Positions 44,722-55,304 are shown, numbered from the stretch's first letter. The stretch is 64,000 nt of DNA from Nitrospirota bacterium (GCA_021814065.1 JAKAIZ010000002.1:909-64908); one strand, 5' to 3'. The notes: a model not told the origin generated them from the sequence alone. A program made the numbers and translations.

Positions 44722-47259
44722 ATGAGCGACATCGCAATTTTCACCATAATTTCCAAGAACTACATCAGTTACGCGCGGACGCTTATGGACTCGGTGGCGG
44801 CATACCAGCCGGACGCCGACCGTTTTCTTCTGCTCGCGGACCGGATCGACGGCCATTTCGATCCGGCGGAAGAAAATTTCAGAACGGTGCAGATCGAGGA
44901 GCTGAATATTCCGGACAGAGAATCTCTTTTCTTCAAGTATGACATCATGGAGCTCAATACTGCGGCCAAGCCCTTCTTCATCGAGCATCTTTTAGCCCGG
45001 TTCGGCTATCGCAAGGTTATCTATTTCGACCCTGATATTTTGGTGATGAGGGACCTCCGGGAACTTTGCGGGATCCTCGACAATTACTCTATTGTCCTGA
45101 CGCCGCATTTCACGAAACCTATTCCGGACGACGGTAAAAAGTTCGGCGAGATCGATATCATGCGGACGGGGTGCTATAACCTGGGGTTTATCGCCCTCTC
45201 ATCATATGACCGTGTGAAGGGATTTTTGGAGTGGTGGAAGGCACGTTTGCAGAAGTACTGCTACTCGGCGCCGGAACAGGGGCTTTTCGTGGACCAGAAG
45301 TGGATAGATCTTGTCCCTTCCTTATGTGAAGGCGTATTTATACTGAAGCACCCCGGATATAATGCCGCGTACTGGAACCTGCATGAGCGGACCTTCGCGA
45401 CGACCCGCGACGGATATCGCGTGAATTGTGAACCCCTGTTTTTCTACCACTTCAGCGGAATAGTTTTCGACAATCTCGATGTTGTCTCAAAATATCAGAA
45501 CCGCTTCACCCTTAAAGAAATTCCGCAACTTCGCCCCCTGTTCAACCTCTATAAGAAGAAAGTGCTCGCGTCGGGATACGAGTCGACGAGGCACTGGTCC
45601 TATGCATTTGGGTTTTTTGAGAACGGCATACGTATTCCTGATATAGTCAGGAGACTTTATGGATATCTCGAAGGGCGGGAGGATTTTGAAAATCCCTTTG
45701 CGACCTCGCGGGGAAAGAGTTTTTTTGATTGGCTTATCGCTCCCGTATCTTCGAGGCTTGTTATCTCAAATGTCTTACTCTATATATACGAACAAAGGAC
45801 TGATCTCCAGAAGGCATTTCCCCGGCTAAGCGAGGAGCAGGAGGCACTTTTTCAGTGGGCACTTTTGAATCTATCGAGTCAGTACGGCTTTTCGGACGAT
45901 TTCCTGCGCTCTCTGAAGCTCGAAACAACAGAGCCGCGAACGGCTCAATCCCCGCCGCCTGCTGCTGTGCAGTATGCAAAAGACATACTCTGGGAGTACG
46001 GAATGAAGCATGCTGAGGCGATCAAGAGCGTCCCCGTGCTCAGAGGAATTGCCGAAAAGGCATTCTGGAAACTCGCGGAAGAGAAAAGCTCGGCGTCTCT
46101 GCCCTTGCCGCTACGGAGTGCGCCGCTCTCTGTTTCAGCATGCGAGTCCCTTAATGAGCTGGTTGGCGAGGCCGGCATCAACATCGCAGGATACCTGGAC
46201 ACGGAAAGCGGTGTTGGCGAAGCGGCCAGGGGGATGGTCCGAAGTCTGGAGAAAAGCGGCCTCGGATTCGTTTTGAACAACATCGAACAGGAGTGGCTGA
46301 GAAGAGATGACAGGACCTATGTCCAATTCTCACACGACAACCCGTATGCGGTCAACCTCGTGCATGTAAATGCCGACCAGATGCCTGCTGTTTTCGCCCA
46401 GTTGGGGGAGGACTATTTCAAGCGAAAGTACAATATAGGGTACTGGTTTTGGGAGTTGTCCTATTTCCCGGAGAAATGGCTCGGGTCTTTCGAATACTTT
46501 AATGAAATCTGGGTGGCGAGCGATTTTCTCCTCGACGCGATTTCGAGAGTATCCCCGATTCCGGTGGTAAAAGTGCCCATTTCGGTGGAGTTTTCACCTC
46601 CGGGTATCCTGACACGTAAGGCGCTTGGGGTGCGTGAGGACGCATTCATGTTTCTCAATATCTTCGACTGCAGGTCCTTTATCGAACGGAAGAATCCTCT
46701 TGCGCTGCTGGACGCTTTCCGTATCGCCTATCGGAATCCGGATTGTCGCAACAGTGTCCTCGTGCTGAAAATGACGAACACGGAAACGAATCCGCAACTT
46801 TTGGAGACTTTGCGGAAGAAGAGCGCCGGGCTGCCCGTGGTCATGATCGGTGAGTATTACGACAGGGCTCATGTGAATGACCTGTTCGCGCTTTGCGACT
46901 GCTACGTTTCCCTGCACCGGTCGGAAGGTTTGGGCCTCCCTCTTGCCGAGGCGATGTATCTCGGCAAACCGGTCATCGCAACGGGGTATTCGGGAAATAT
47001 GGAATTCATGAATGTAAACAACAGTTATCTGGTGAAATACGAGCTGGTTGAGATAGAAAACGAGATTGGTCCTTACGAGAAGGGGGCGCTTTGGGCTGAT
47101 CCCCATCCGGAGCACGCGGCGGAATTGATGCAATTCGTATACGAAAACCGGGAGTCATCGAGAAAAACCGGGCTAAAGGCAGCCGCCGACATTAAGGACT
47201 ATTACAGTCCCTCGACGCTCTGCACCAAGATCAGGTCGAGGCTAAGGACATTCCGTTAA
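44722..47259 (+). CDS. Bifunctional glycosyltransferase (N-terminal GT-A-fold domain with DxD + C-terminal GT4)
   Basis: N-terminal IAIFTIISKNYISYARTL...VIYFDPDILV (DxD). C-terminal SLHRSEGLGLPLAEAMYLGKPVIATGYSGNMEF. Confidence 0.8.
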   Translation: MSDIAIFTIISKNYISYARTLMDSVAAYQPDADRFLLLADRIDGHFDPAEENFRTVQIEELNIPDRESLFFKYDIMELNTAAKPFFIEHLLARFGYRKVIYFDPDILVMRDLRELCGILDNYSIVLTPHFTKPIPDDGKKFGEIDIMRTGCYNLGFIALSSYDRVKGFLEWWKARLQKYCYSAPEQGLFVDQKWIDLVPSLCEGVFILKHPGYNAAYWNLHERTFATTRDGYRVNCEPLFFYHFSGIVFDNLDVVSKYQNRFTLKEIPQLRPLFNLYKKKVLASGYESTRHWSYAFGFFENGIRIPDIVRRLYGYLEGREDFENPFATSRGKSFFDWLIAPVSSRLVISNVLLYIYEQRTDLQKAFPRLSEEQEALFQWALLNLSSQYGFSDDFLRSLKLETTEPRTAQSPPPAAVQYAKDILWEYGMKHAEAIKSVPVLRGIAEKAFWKLAEEKSSASLPLPLRSAPLSVSACESLNELVGEAGINIAGYLDTESGVGEAARGMVRSLEKSGLGFVLNNIEQEWLRRDDRTYVQFSHDNPYAVNLVHVNADQMPAVFAQLGEDYFKRKYNIGYWFWELSYFPEKWLGSFEYFNEIWVASDFLLDAISRVSPIPVVKVPISVEFSPPGILTRKALGVREDAFMFLNIFDCRSFIERKNPLALLDAFRIAYRNPDCRNSVLVLKMTNTETNPQLLETLRKKSAGLPVVMIGEYYDRAHVNDLFALCDCYVSLHRSEGLGLPLAEAMYLGKPVIATGYSGNMEFMNVNNSYLVKYELVEIENEIGPYEKGALWADPHPEHAAELMQFVYENRESSRKTGLKAAADIKDYYSPSTLCTKIRSRLRTFR

Positions 47260-47400
47260 CAAACTTTATTCTGCGTTATGACGTGAAAACGACGGCAATT
47301 CTCATGCTTTTTGCCGATGGATTAAGCAGATAGCCGCGGCTGTACATGACGCTTGCCAGCGGGGTTACGCGTGTGGAGACGATTCACTCTCGTATATTTT

Positions 47401-50400
47401 CTATTGACCATCTTCTTTTCGTTTAAAGAGGCGAATCTCGCTTACCGCAAAGTCGCTACATGCCGGGGGATTTACTATTCTGACACTTATTTCATTTACC
47501 CTGCCGCCCTTCACCCACCTCGGGCTGCTGTCGAGAGGAACGACCATCACCCCCTGCTCGGCGTAAAAACGAATATCCCTCTTGTCATCGTATGACGGAA
47601 AATCTTCGTTAGTCCACTGAAGAGCCAACTCCGGATATAGTGCTCCCGCGCGCTTGCACTTGAGATCCAAAACCGCGTATTGGGCGTCAGCGCCCAGAAT
47701 TCCCGGCGGGGCAGGCTTGAACACAACGCGCGAGTCGGTGAAGGGGACTGGTGCTTTCGCTAAGGGTCGTGATACGCCATTCTTGCCAGGGATGCGAACT
47801 AATCTTCCGGTCTCCCGGACATGTCGCTCCAGACTCTTCCACGACCTGCCCCAAGCCATGGGAAGCTTCTGGAGGTGCTCGACGCGAAATGCTGAGTCCA
47901 GCAGAGCCAGCCTCATATCACGCACTGCAGACTGTGTCCCCGGCAGCTGAACCGGATGCATGCGCCGGGCGCTTACTACGTGCCGGTGCTCGCCGGCCGG
48001 ATCGAGAGGAGGACCATCCAGCGACAGCACGTTACCTGAGATGCTCGTGATGGTTCTTTCATGGGCATGATGGAATATGATCTTATCCCCAGGACAGAGT
48101 GTCAGAAGGTCTACAGAATATTTCAGGAGGATGGCGGGCCTCTTTCCGCGGTTGGAAATCCCGTTCGACCAGTCTTCGTTGGTCACTGGGCTGAGTGTCA
48201 GGACATCTTCCGGCAGAAGCACCGACAGCTTCGCTCCGCGTTTCGGCTCTATAAGAAGTATGTAACGACCCCGCTTAACCGGTACGTAGGATTTTACTAT
48301 ATAGCGGTAGAGAAGATTTGCACGAAGTTGCACCGTAGGTCCATCCCACGAGATAGTATCTCCATCTATAATAATCACCGGGGGCGGCTGCGATACCAGC
48401 TGCTGAATCATTCTCTCTTGCGTAGCGACCGACGGCGCGTTGTAAACGGCGGCTTCCACAACCGGAACCGGATATCCTAGGAAAAAGTAGCGGGCAGAGT
48501 GATTCGTCAGGTCCAGATAAGTTTCCCCCGGCAAGAGTATTTCGTGCAGGATTTGCCGCAACTCGTGGAGGCCTTCGGCGCGATCGTCGTCAAGGATGAG
48601 GTACCCGAGATGAGGGAGGGCGGGGTCGAGCGCCACCCGTCTGTTCTGGACCTTGATGATATCGACAGATCTCGATACGAGGGTTGTTGTATCGGGCAGG
48701 TCTCCGCCCATTGCAGCATAGCAAACCGCTCCAAGGGCTGCCCATAGAAGCATGGGAGCAGAAAGTATTCTTTGCCGCGGGAGCAGGAAGAGAAGAGGAA
48801 TGGCAAAAGAAAGCAGCCACAGTGAAACAACACCTGTTCTGGTGATGCCGAGATCAATTCGGCCGAAGCTATAAGCCATCATCAGCAGAAGGAAAAAAAC
48901 AATGAAGATCCCGAAAATCAGTGTCTGCCTGCGACGTGCATTATGCGGAGCTGCCGCCTCCCTCCAGACAACGATGGCGGTCGCCGCGACACCTAGTATC
49001 CAGCCGGATCTTAAGAGTTCAGACAAGAAGCCCGACGCGAATAGACCCGTAGTGTGAAAGGGGGCCCCAAATGTGTCTGCCCAAGGGGAGCCATTTGCGA
49101 TTGTATTGACTGAAGCATTCTCGGCAAGAAATCGCAGCAGGCCTGCGAGCACTTTCCCGAGCGGCGTGACCAGCAAGAGCAGAGTGAGAATTCCGGTAGT
49201 AAGCAGCATTCCGTTTCTGATCCGCTTCGGGTCCTCTTTCCAGGCGCGGACAATCATCCAAAGCCCAAAGGGGAGAGAGGCCAACGCGAATGCGGTGCCC
49301 GTCGACATGGCATATAACGTTAAGAAAGTTGCCGACAATCCCCAGACGACAACCCAGCGCGCAGGCCTGTCCAGTAAATATGCATTAATCAGTAGCATGA
49401 TGGCGGGAGCGGTGAACCAATGATTCTGAGTGAATTTTTCCAGCGGGAAGGTGACCATTACAAAAAATGCCCAGAATGGTCCGACAATCGCACTGATCGA
49501 TAAAAAAGTGAGCGCACAAGCGAACATCAGCAGCATCCTGTCAGAGGCAAAAAAAGAGGCAGCGGTGGTGTCAAAGAAAATCCGGCCGAGGACGCCTTGC
49601 AGAAGATGCACGAAGCCGTGCGGATAGTTGATGCCCACAAAAGGGAGTTTGCCGAAATCAGTGAGTTGCTGCCATGGAAGGTACCACTCCCCCATATGGT
49701 AATCATCAAGATGCAATATGGGCAATCCCAGCTGTTGGGCATGCAGGAAGACGACAAGGGCGACTACGGCCCCCGGGACTACAGCTGAAGCCAGGGTTTG
49801 CTCACCGGCTGCCTCACGGCTTTTAAACGAAAGCCACCGGCGATACCACGAGTACAGGCTGATGCTGATGACTATTCCTACCGCCGCATAGAGTGCTGCT
49901 GTGGGCTGATATCCCCGATAAAGGAGCCCGTCTTGGCGCCATGGATGCGGCAACGCATCGAAGAACAGGAAGGGCAGAGGCAATTGAATAAGAATGACCA
50001 TGTTCAGTAGGAGCACACGAAAATCCTCGGCAGTCTTGCTGCGCCACCATGCCACTACCGCGACGGCAGCCGCCCCGGCCAGAAAAACAGCAGCAAACTT
50101 TGCCGCCGTGTCCGGACCGAGGCCGGCCAACGGTAACCCAAGCCAGAAATGCATCGTTACAAGACTTTTCCACACTAAGACCGATGTGGACAGCCCCGCG
50201 GCAGTCGCACCTACCAGAATACAGAAAAGTGCGCCTCCAATATCCTCGATTTGCCTGCTCTCGATATGGCTTGCGTACTTGCAGAGCATCAGACAGATCA
50301 GACAGGAAATAACATTGAGACATACTGAAATCAGCAGAAAGGAGTATGACGGCCGAGAGGCGACTAAGTCGGTGACAAGCCACCATACTACCGGGAAGAG

Positions 50401-50733
50401 AGAGATTAGGAAAATGGAGCTGAGAGATTCCCTTATCTCAGGAGACTTGCGACGGAGGTGAAAATACTGAAATAGTGCGTTCAAGGAAAGACACGAGACG
50501 GAAAAAAATACAAGAAAGGCCAGTATAGCGTAATAGTCAGCGCTCTTATTTGCAGCTGTCCACGTTACGGGGCCGACAACGAAGTCCGCAAATGTTTGAT
50601 GAAGAGCAGGCTTCCATCTTGAAAAAAGAAGAGCAAGGCCACAGATGGCAGAAAGGAAGGCCGCACTCAGTATTGGAGCCAATCCTAAGCCGGGAAGAAG
50701 ATAAGGAATAATCCCGTCCCTATCGAGTTTCAT
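47401..50733 (-). CDS. 1110-aa polytopic membrane protein with a ~400-aa C-terminal soluble domain (GT-C-like candidate; unassigned)
   Basis: Long uninterrupted ORF. Roughly 20 hydrophobic helices by eye in residues 1-700. Last gene of a minus-strand operon with the GT2 and mutase-like genes. Confidence 0.7.
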   Translation of the reverse strand: MKLDRDGIIPYLLPGLGLAPILSAAFLSAICGLALLFSRWKPALHQTFADFVVGPVTWTAANKSADYYAILAFLVFFSVSCLSLNALFQYFHLRRKSPEIRESLSSIFLISLFPVVWWLVTDLVASRPSYSFLLISVCLNVISCLICLMLCKYASHIESRQIEDIGGALFCILVGATAAGLSTSVLVWKSLVTMHFWLGLPLAGLGPDTAAKFAAVFLAGAAAVAVVAWWRSKTAEDFRVLLLNMVILIQLPLPFLFFDALPHPWRQDGLLYRGYQPTAALYAAVGIVISISLYSWYRRWLSFKSREAAGEQTLASAVVPGAVVALVVFLHAQQLGLPILHLDDYHMGEWYLPWQQLTDFGKLPFVGINYPHGFVHLLQGVLGRIFFDTTAASFFASDRMLLMFACALTFLSISAIVGPFWAFFVMVTFPLEKFTQNHWFTAPAIMLLINAYLLDRPARWVVVWGLSATFLTLYAMSTGTAFALASLPFGLWMIVRAWKEDPKRIRNGMLLTTGILTLLLLVTPLGKVLAGLLRFLAENASVNTIANGSPWADTFGAPFHTTGLFASGFLSELLRSGWILGVAATAIVVWREAAAPHNARRRQTLIFGIFIVFFLLLMMAYSFGRIDLGITRTGVVSLWLLSFAIPLLFLLPRQRILSAPMLLWAALGAVCYAAMGGDLPDTTTLVSRSVDIIKVQNRRVALDPALPHLGYLILDDDRAEGLHELRQILHEILLPGETYLDLTNHSARYFFLGYPVPVVEAAVYNAPSVATQERMIQQLVSQPPPVIIIDGDTISWDGPTVQLRANLLYRYIVKSYVPVKRGRYILLIEPKRGAKLSVLLPEDVLTLSPVTNEDWSNGISNRGKRPAILLKYSVDLLTLCPGDKIIFHHAHERTITSISGNVLSLDGPPLDPAGEHRHVVSARRMHPVQLPGTQSAVRDMRLALLDSAFRVEHLQKLPMAWGRSWKSLERHVRETGRLVRIPGKNGVSRPLAKAPVPFTDSRVVFKPAPPGILGADAQYAVLDLKCKRAGALYPELALQWTNEDFPSYDDKRDIRFYAEQGVMVVPLDSSPRWVKGGRVNEISVRIVNPPACSDFAVSEIRLFKRKEDGQ

Positions 50734-50757
50734 CGCGCCTGGTTGCCACCCGGGCCT

Positions 50758-51441
50758 TTACCTTAGCCAATATTCCTGCCAGAGATATTTTAACAGCTTC
50801 ATGCCTGTGGGCAAAACTGAAAAGTGAGTCTTGCCTGCAGGCCGCGGCATTTCCTTAACGGGAAATTCCGCAACCCGCATGTTGAGCTTATATGCCTTTA
50901 CGACCATTTCAATATCTATCGAGAGCCCGTAGTCACGCGGTGCCATCTTCTTAAAAGCGGATATGGTAAATCCTTTGTACCCATGGAGAACGTCTTTGAC
51001 AACAATGCCTTCCTTCCTCCAGAGAAATTCTGCGAGATAGGCGAGAAATAGGACACCCCATTTCCTTGGTTTCAGAACGTTACTATCTTCTTCGTTGCTT
51101 CCCCCTGCGATATTGCGGCTGGCGATGACAAGGTCCTCGCCACGCTCAAGGAGAGGACGAAACTGGAGAAGACTCGAGGGATCTATCGTCCCCTTTGGGA
51201 AGAACACGACCAACGCTTCTCCCTTCGTCTTGGCGACAGCATGGACATAGGCGGCATTGAGCCCCGGCTTCGGCTGTCGATGCACTGAAATGCCAAGACC
51301 CTTCAAATATTCCACAGTGTTGTCAGTGCTCCCTCCGTCAACGGCGAAAAATTCGTAGAACTGGTCAGAAGGAATACGAGGTATGTCGGTTCGGCAACCG
51401 TCTATCTCGTTAAACACCAGCAGACACAGGGAAATCTTCAT
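50758..51441 (-). CDS. GT2 glycosyltransferase (small, DPM1/polyprenol-phosphate glycosyltransferase-like)
   Basis: MKISLCLLVFNE...FAVDGGSTDNTVEYL...VIASR. 227 aa. Its start abuts the stop of the upstream gene. Confidence 0.8.
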   Translation of the reverse strand: MKISLCLLVFNEIDGCRTDIPRIPSDQFYEFFAVDGGSTDNTVEYLKGLGISVHRQPKPGLNAAYVHAVAKTKGEALVVFFPKGTIDPSSLLQFRPLLERGEDLVIASRNIAGGSNEEDSNVLKPRKWGVLFLAYLAEFLWRKEGIVVKDVLHGYKGFTISAFKKMAPRDYGLSIDIEMVVKAYKLNMRVAEFPVKEMPRPAGKTHFSVLPTGMKLLKYLWQEYWLR

Positions 51442-52650
51442 TTAGAATGGTGTTTCCAGGAGACGCCTAGCCATGTCGGATGCCTCCGACACGGCCACGT
51501 CGCAGTTCATGTGCGCCCAGGTGCCCCACCGGCCAAGGCCGACAATATGGTGGCATCCGGCCCAATCCGAAATGCTTTCAACGGCACGCGGTTTTTCAAT
51601 AGTGCTGACGGGGTAGGCGAATATATTGCGGTAATGCCACTGTCCTTGCTGCTTGGCACGCAATGAGTTTGTCTCGGTCCAGTGACCCCTGCTACCCTGA
51701 CAGAAATTATTTCTGCAGAGCAATCTGTGATGGGGCACATTTTCGTCAGGATCATAAATCCACTGAGCATTTGTGGGAAGGTCTTCGGAATAATAATCGA
51801 CATCGATCGACGTCCATTTCAGTTTCTTGATTTGTTCTCCTATTGCAGAGGGAATGTCGGTGAAAGAAGGCCAGAGCGGCCACGGTATCGTATTGATAAT
51901 CTTTTTCTTCGCTTTGAATGTGCGATTGACAACAAGAGAGCGAATATCAACCGACGTGACTGCGCTGGATAAAATCAGGGAATCTCCCAGCGATTCTCCC
52001 ATCCGGCGCCACACTTCTCCAAATCCCGAGTGCGCCGGATACAAAAAAGTCCTGTGAGCGGGCAGTTTCCCATATGGCTGCCTTTCAAGACAGCTCTGGA
52101 GGGTCTGACGAAATGAGACGTCCGGCAACTTGTAGAGCCAATCCGTCCCTAGTGTGCTCAAATCCACAGACCATATCTTTCGATTATAGGGCAGCATGTA
52201 TTCTCGCGAGACCCTCTTCCCGAAGTGCCATACAATCCAGTCCTCGAAAGACTGAGGCGTCGACGCGTTACTTGCAAACCGTGCTTCTGCAATGGATTCA
52301 AGGAAGTCGAGTTGATCAGCAATCGGCAGTTGCCAAAGATTGGCTTCAAGAGGATAATCCACGTATGCTCCGTGAAGCTTTATCTTGGATATTCTCGAAT
52401 ATTGCTTCCAGTCCTCGCGGGGCAGAAAGCTGAAGAGCAGATCCAGAACGTCCCTGCGTTTCTCGTCCAAAAAATGGCCGCCCCCAATGTCAAGCGGCGC
52501 TCCCTCTACCTGCGCACTTCGGCAAAGACCTCCGGCGACGGATTCCTTTTCGATCAAAAGAAAAGAGGTTTCGCCTAGTTGTTTCAGTGTATGTGCAAAA
52601 GCCAGGCCGGAAGGGCCGGCACCGATTATAATGTAATTATATTGTTTCAT
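51442..52650 (-). CDS. glf: FAD-dependent UDP-galactopyranose-mutase-like enzyme (eukaryote-type GLF family)
   Basis: Track ORF extends to 52683; ATG 52650 gives MKQYNYIIIGAGPSGLAFA. Blocks collinear with remembered fungal UGM: GGL...DIGGGH, EDW..YSRIS...G.YVDYPLEANLWQLP, SFEDWIVWHFG...MLPYNRKIWSV, FLYPAHSGFGEVW, GLGRWGTWAHMNCD. Confidence 0.65.
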   Translation of the reverse strand: MKQYNYIIIGAGPSGLAFAHTLKQLGETSFLLIEKESVAGGLCRSAQVEGAPLDIGGGHFLDEKRRDVLDLLFSFLPREDWKQYSRISKIKLHGAYVDYPLEANLWQLPIADQLDFLESIAEARFASNASTPQSFEDWIVWHFGKRVSREYMLPYNRKIWSVDLSTLGTDWLYKLPDVSFRQTLQSCLERQPYGKLPAHRTFLYPAHSGFGEVWRRMGESLGDSLILSSAVTSVDIRSLVVNRTFKAKKKIINTIPWPLWPSFTDIPSAIGEQIKKLKWTSIDVDYYSEDLPTNAQWIYDPDENVPHHRLLCRNNFCQGSRGHWTETNSLRAKQQGQWHYRNIFAYPVSTIEKPRAVESISDWAGCHHIVGLGRWGTWAHMNCDVAVSEASDMARRLLETPF

Positions 52651-53192
52651 AAACGATAGAGTGTCATGTGTGCGAAATGCCATGCAATAGACGTTGAACC
52701 ATCTTCAAAAACTCTACATTACCTTATGGCATCCACGCTAAAACTGATACACAGAACAGTCGACTAACTATAATACAATACATTCTTTAAACTCGCAATT
52801 CCCCGCAGCTGGGCATTGCGGAGCAGCCGGCCGATAAATTCCTTTCTGTTTCCGACTCCTGGCTTTTGTTTTCAACGCACCGGGTTTGTCCTGTAGCGCA
52901 TCGGCACCTTTTCAGCCTTGCGGCCAAAAGAGATGAGCTTTTTGGTATAATGACGTGGGAAGTCTTTAGGTTCGGGATATGACAGTCGATACTACCAAAT
53001 GATACGACAGTACACGCCGGTTTTGAATTGCGATCAGGGACCTTGTCGGAAAGATCGCCTCTTTCACGGGTTTTCACGGCGGCATCGTGCGGACCGGTTT
53101 TTTGAACTTAAAAGCGATTACTTCTTTTGACGAGGGTTTGAAGAGAACGATGGAATGGCATAAGTAATATTTACTTAAGGAGAGAGATTAGT

Positions 53193-54224
53193 ATGAGGAA
53201 GCGCGCACTTATCACCGGCATTCGCGGCCAGGACGGCGCCTATTTGTCCAAGCTTCTGCTGGAAAAGGGATATCAGGTTTACGGAGCCGACAGGAGGAGC
53301 GGAGACTCGAGTTTCTGGAGGCTCAAAGAGCTTGGGATCGACAGGGACGTGAAGATCCGGTACATGGACCTTCTGGAGCTCACCAACGTCATGCGTGCGG
53401 TCGAGCTGATCATGCCCGATGAGGTCTACAATCTAGCTGCGCAGAGTTTTGTCCAGGCATCCTTTGAGCAGCCGCTTCTCACGTCGGACATCGATGCGAT
53501 GGGGGTATTAAGACTCCTCGAGGCGATCAGGATGATCAACCCTGACGCGAAGTTCTACCAGGCGTCCACGTCCGAGATGTTCGGGAAGGTCCAGGCGATT
53601 CCGCAGAATGAAAAGACGCTTTTCCATCCGAGAAGTCCCTACGGCGTTGCCAAGGTCTACGGTCACTGGATAACCGTAAACTACCGGGAGTCGTACAATA
53701 TGTTTGCCTGTTCGGGCATTCTCTTCAATCACGAATCGCCGTTGAGGGGAGTAGAGTTCATCACGCGCAAGTTGACTTCCGGCATTGCGCGCATAGCGAA
53801 AGGACTGCAGGAGAAGATCATAGTCGGCAGTCTTGATTCGAAGCGGGACTGGGGTTATGCACCGGAATATGTCCACGCGATGTGGCTAATGCTGCAGCAA
53901 AGACAGCCTGACGACTATGTCGTCGCCACGGGAGAGACCCATTCGGTGCGGGAATTTACCGAGGTCGCCTTCAGAAGTACGGGCATCCGGATAGGCTGGA
54001 AGGGAAAGGGGCTTAGGGAAAAGGGCATCGACAAGAAAACCGGGAAAACCCTTGTCGAAGTTTCTCCGGAGTTTTTCCGGCCCGCCGAGGTGAACATCCT
54101 GATCGGCGATCCTGCCAAGGCGAAGAAGAAGCTGGGCTGGAGGCCGAAGACCACGTTCAGCAGACTGGTCGAAATAATGGTCGAGGCAGACCTTCAGCGT
54201 GTAAGAAAAGAGTGTCTCCCATGA
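53193..54224 (+). CDS. gmd: GDP-mannose 4,6-dehydratase
   Basis: KRALITGIRGQDGAYLSKLLLEKGYQVYG...VYNLAAQSFV...FYQASTSEMFG...SPYGVAKVYGHWITVNYRESY.MFACSGILFNHESPLRG. Confidence 0.95.
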   Translation: MRKRALITGIRGQDGAYLSKLLLEKGYQVYGADRRSGDSSFWRLKELGIDRDVKIRYMDLLELTNVMRAVELIMPDEVYNLAAQSFVQASFEQPLLTSDIDAMGVLRLLEAIRMINPDAKFYQASTSEMFGKVQAIPQNEKTLFHPRSPYGVAKVYGHWITVNYRESYNMFACSGILFNHESPLRGVEFITRKLTSGIARIAKGLQEKIIVGSLDSKRDWGYAPEYVHAMWLMLQQRQPDDYVVATGETHSVREFTEVAFRSTGIRIGWKGKGLREKGIDKKTGKTLVEVSPEFFRPAEVNILIGDPAKAKKKLGWRPKTTFSRLVEIMVEADLQRVRKECLP

Positions 54225-54374
54225 TCAAACGATCTTCACTGGCACAATGCCCCATATCCCTTTCGCATATGGAGCCTTCCGCCCCGGGCAGATCCGCCTG
54301 CGGAGGACAGATTGTGGACCTTTTTCAGCACGCTCGCCACTTTATTTATTGTTGAGATGGACAGCTGTATGGAT

Positions 54375-55304
54375 TTATTTTCTCAGCGGCAGCGCAACAT
54401 TCCTGAGAGCCTCCATAGGCCCCCGCATCTTCAGTGTCTCCATCTGCTGCAGGTCCCGAACGAGAAGGGCGCCGGCGTATCCGAGGGAGTTGATCGATAT
54501 GCCCTCGAAGAACTCCACGGACCGCGGAACGAGCAGCATCCATTCCCTTGTCACCAGCAGACAGTAAGGCCCGGACTGTTTTCCCGGGCCATCCCCGGCC
54601 GGCCCCTTTATGCCGACATGCCTGAGCATATCGCGATACAGGGCGAAGGTTTTTTCCGCAGCAGCCGGGATCGGGCAGGCGGCCCCGAGCCGTGCAAATA
54701 CGTGGAGGAAAGGGAGCCCCGGCAATGTTCCCATTTTACCTTTGAATTGCGCGCCACCAAACAGGGGCTCAAGGGGAACTGCCGGTCCTTCTGGGGCGAG
54801 CGGCAGCGGGACCACCTGGAGGTGCTTGTGACGCTGACTGGCGCCTGCGGCCTCTCCACCGTTATAAAACCCGAGGCTGTTATATTCCTGGAGACACGCC
54901 CATAGAGCCTCGAAATCGCGGATTGTGAGCAGCGTCTCCTGGTCTTCAAACTCACGGGTGACTACCAGAAGATGATGCTCCACGACGTTGTATTTGTTAA
55001 GGACCGCCACATGGGCTTCTGAAATATCGGCGACGAAGAGGTCTTTATCGAAAGGGAGGAAGGGGTTTACCGGTCTGCCTTCCTGCTTCTGTTTCTTTTT
55101 CTCTTCGTCCTTCCGGGCGAGGCTAGTCAACGACCTCACGAAGAAGCGTACCCCTCCGTCTTCGACAAACTCGTATTCTGTGGGAATAGGCAGAAGTGCG
55201 CCCGTGCCGAGGGCACGCGCGGTCGCTCTCATCAGCGCATCCCGGAGGGTTCCTTTCCTGATCAGTATTTTCGATTTTTCAGTCTTCACGCGAAGTCTCC
55301 TCAA
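54375..55304 (-). CDS. ATP adenylyltransferase / Ap4A phosphorylase-family protein (GalT-branch HIT fold)
   Basis: VLNKYNVVEHHLLVVTREFEDQ...GFYNGGEAAGASQRHKHLQVVP (HxHxQ nucleotidyl-transfer motif). Confidence 0.65.
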   Translation of the reverse strand: MRRLRVKTEKSKILIRKGTLRDALMRATARALGTGALLPIPTEYEFVEDGGVRFFVRSLTSLARKDEEKKKQKQEGRPVNPFLPFDKDLFVADISEAHVAVLNKYNVVEHHLLVVTREFEDQETLLTIRDFEALWACLQEYNSLGFYNGGEAAGASQRHKHLQVVPLPLAPEGPAVPLEPLFGGAQFKGKMGTLPGLPFLHVFARLGAACPIPAAAEKTFALYRDMLRHVGIKGPAGDGPGKQSGPYCLLVTREWMLLVPRSVEFFEGISINSLGYAGALLVRDLQQMETLKMRGPMEALRNVALPLRK

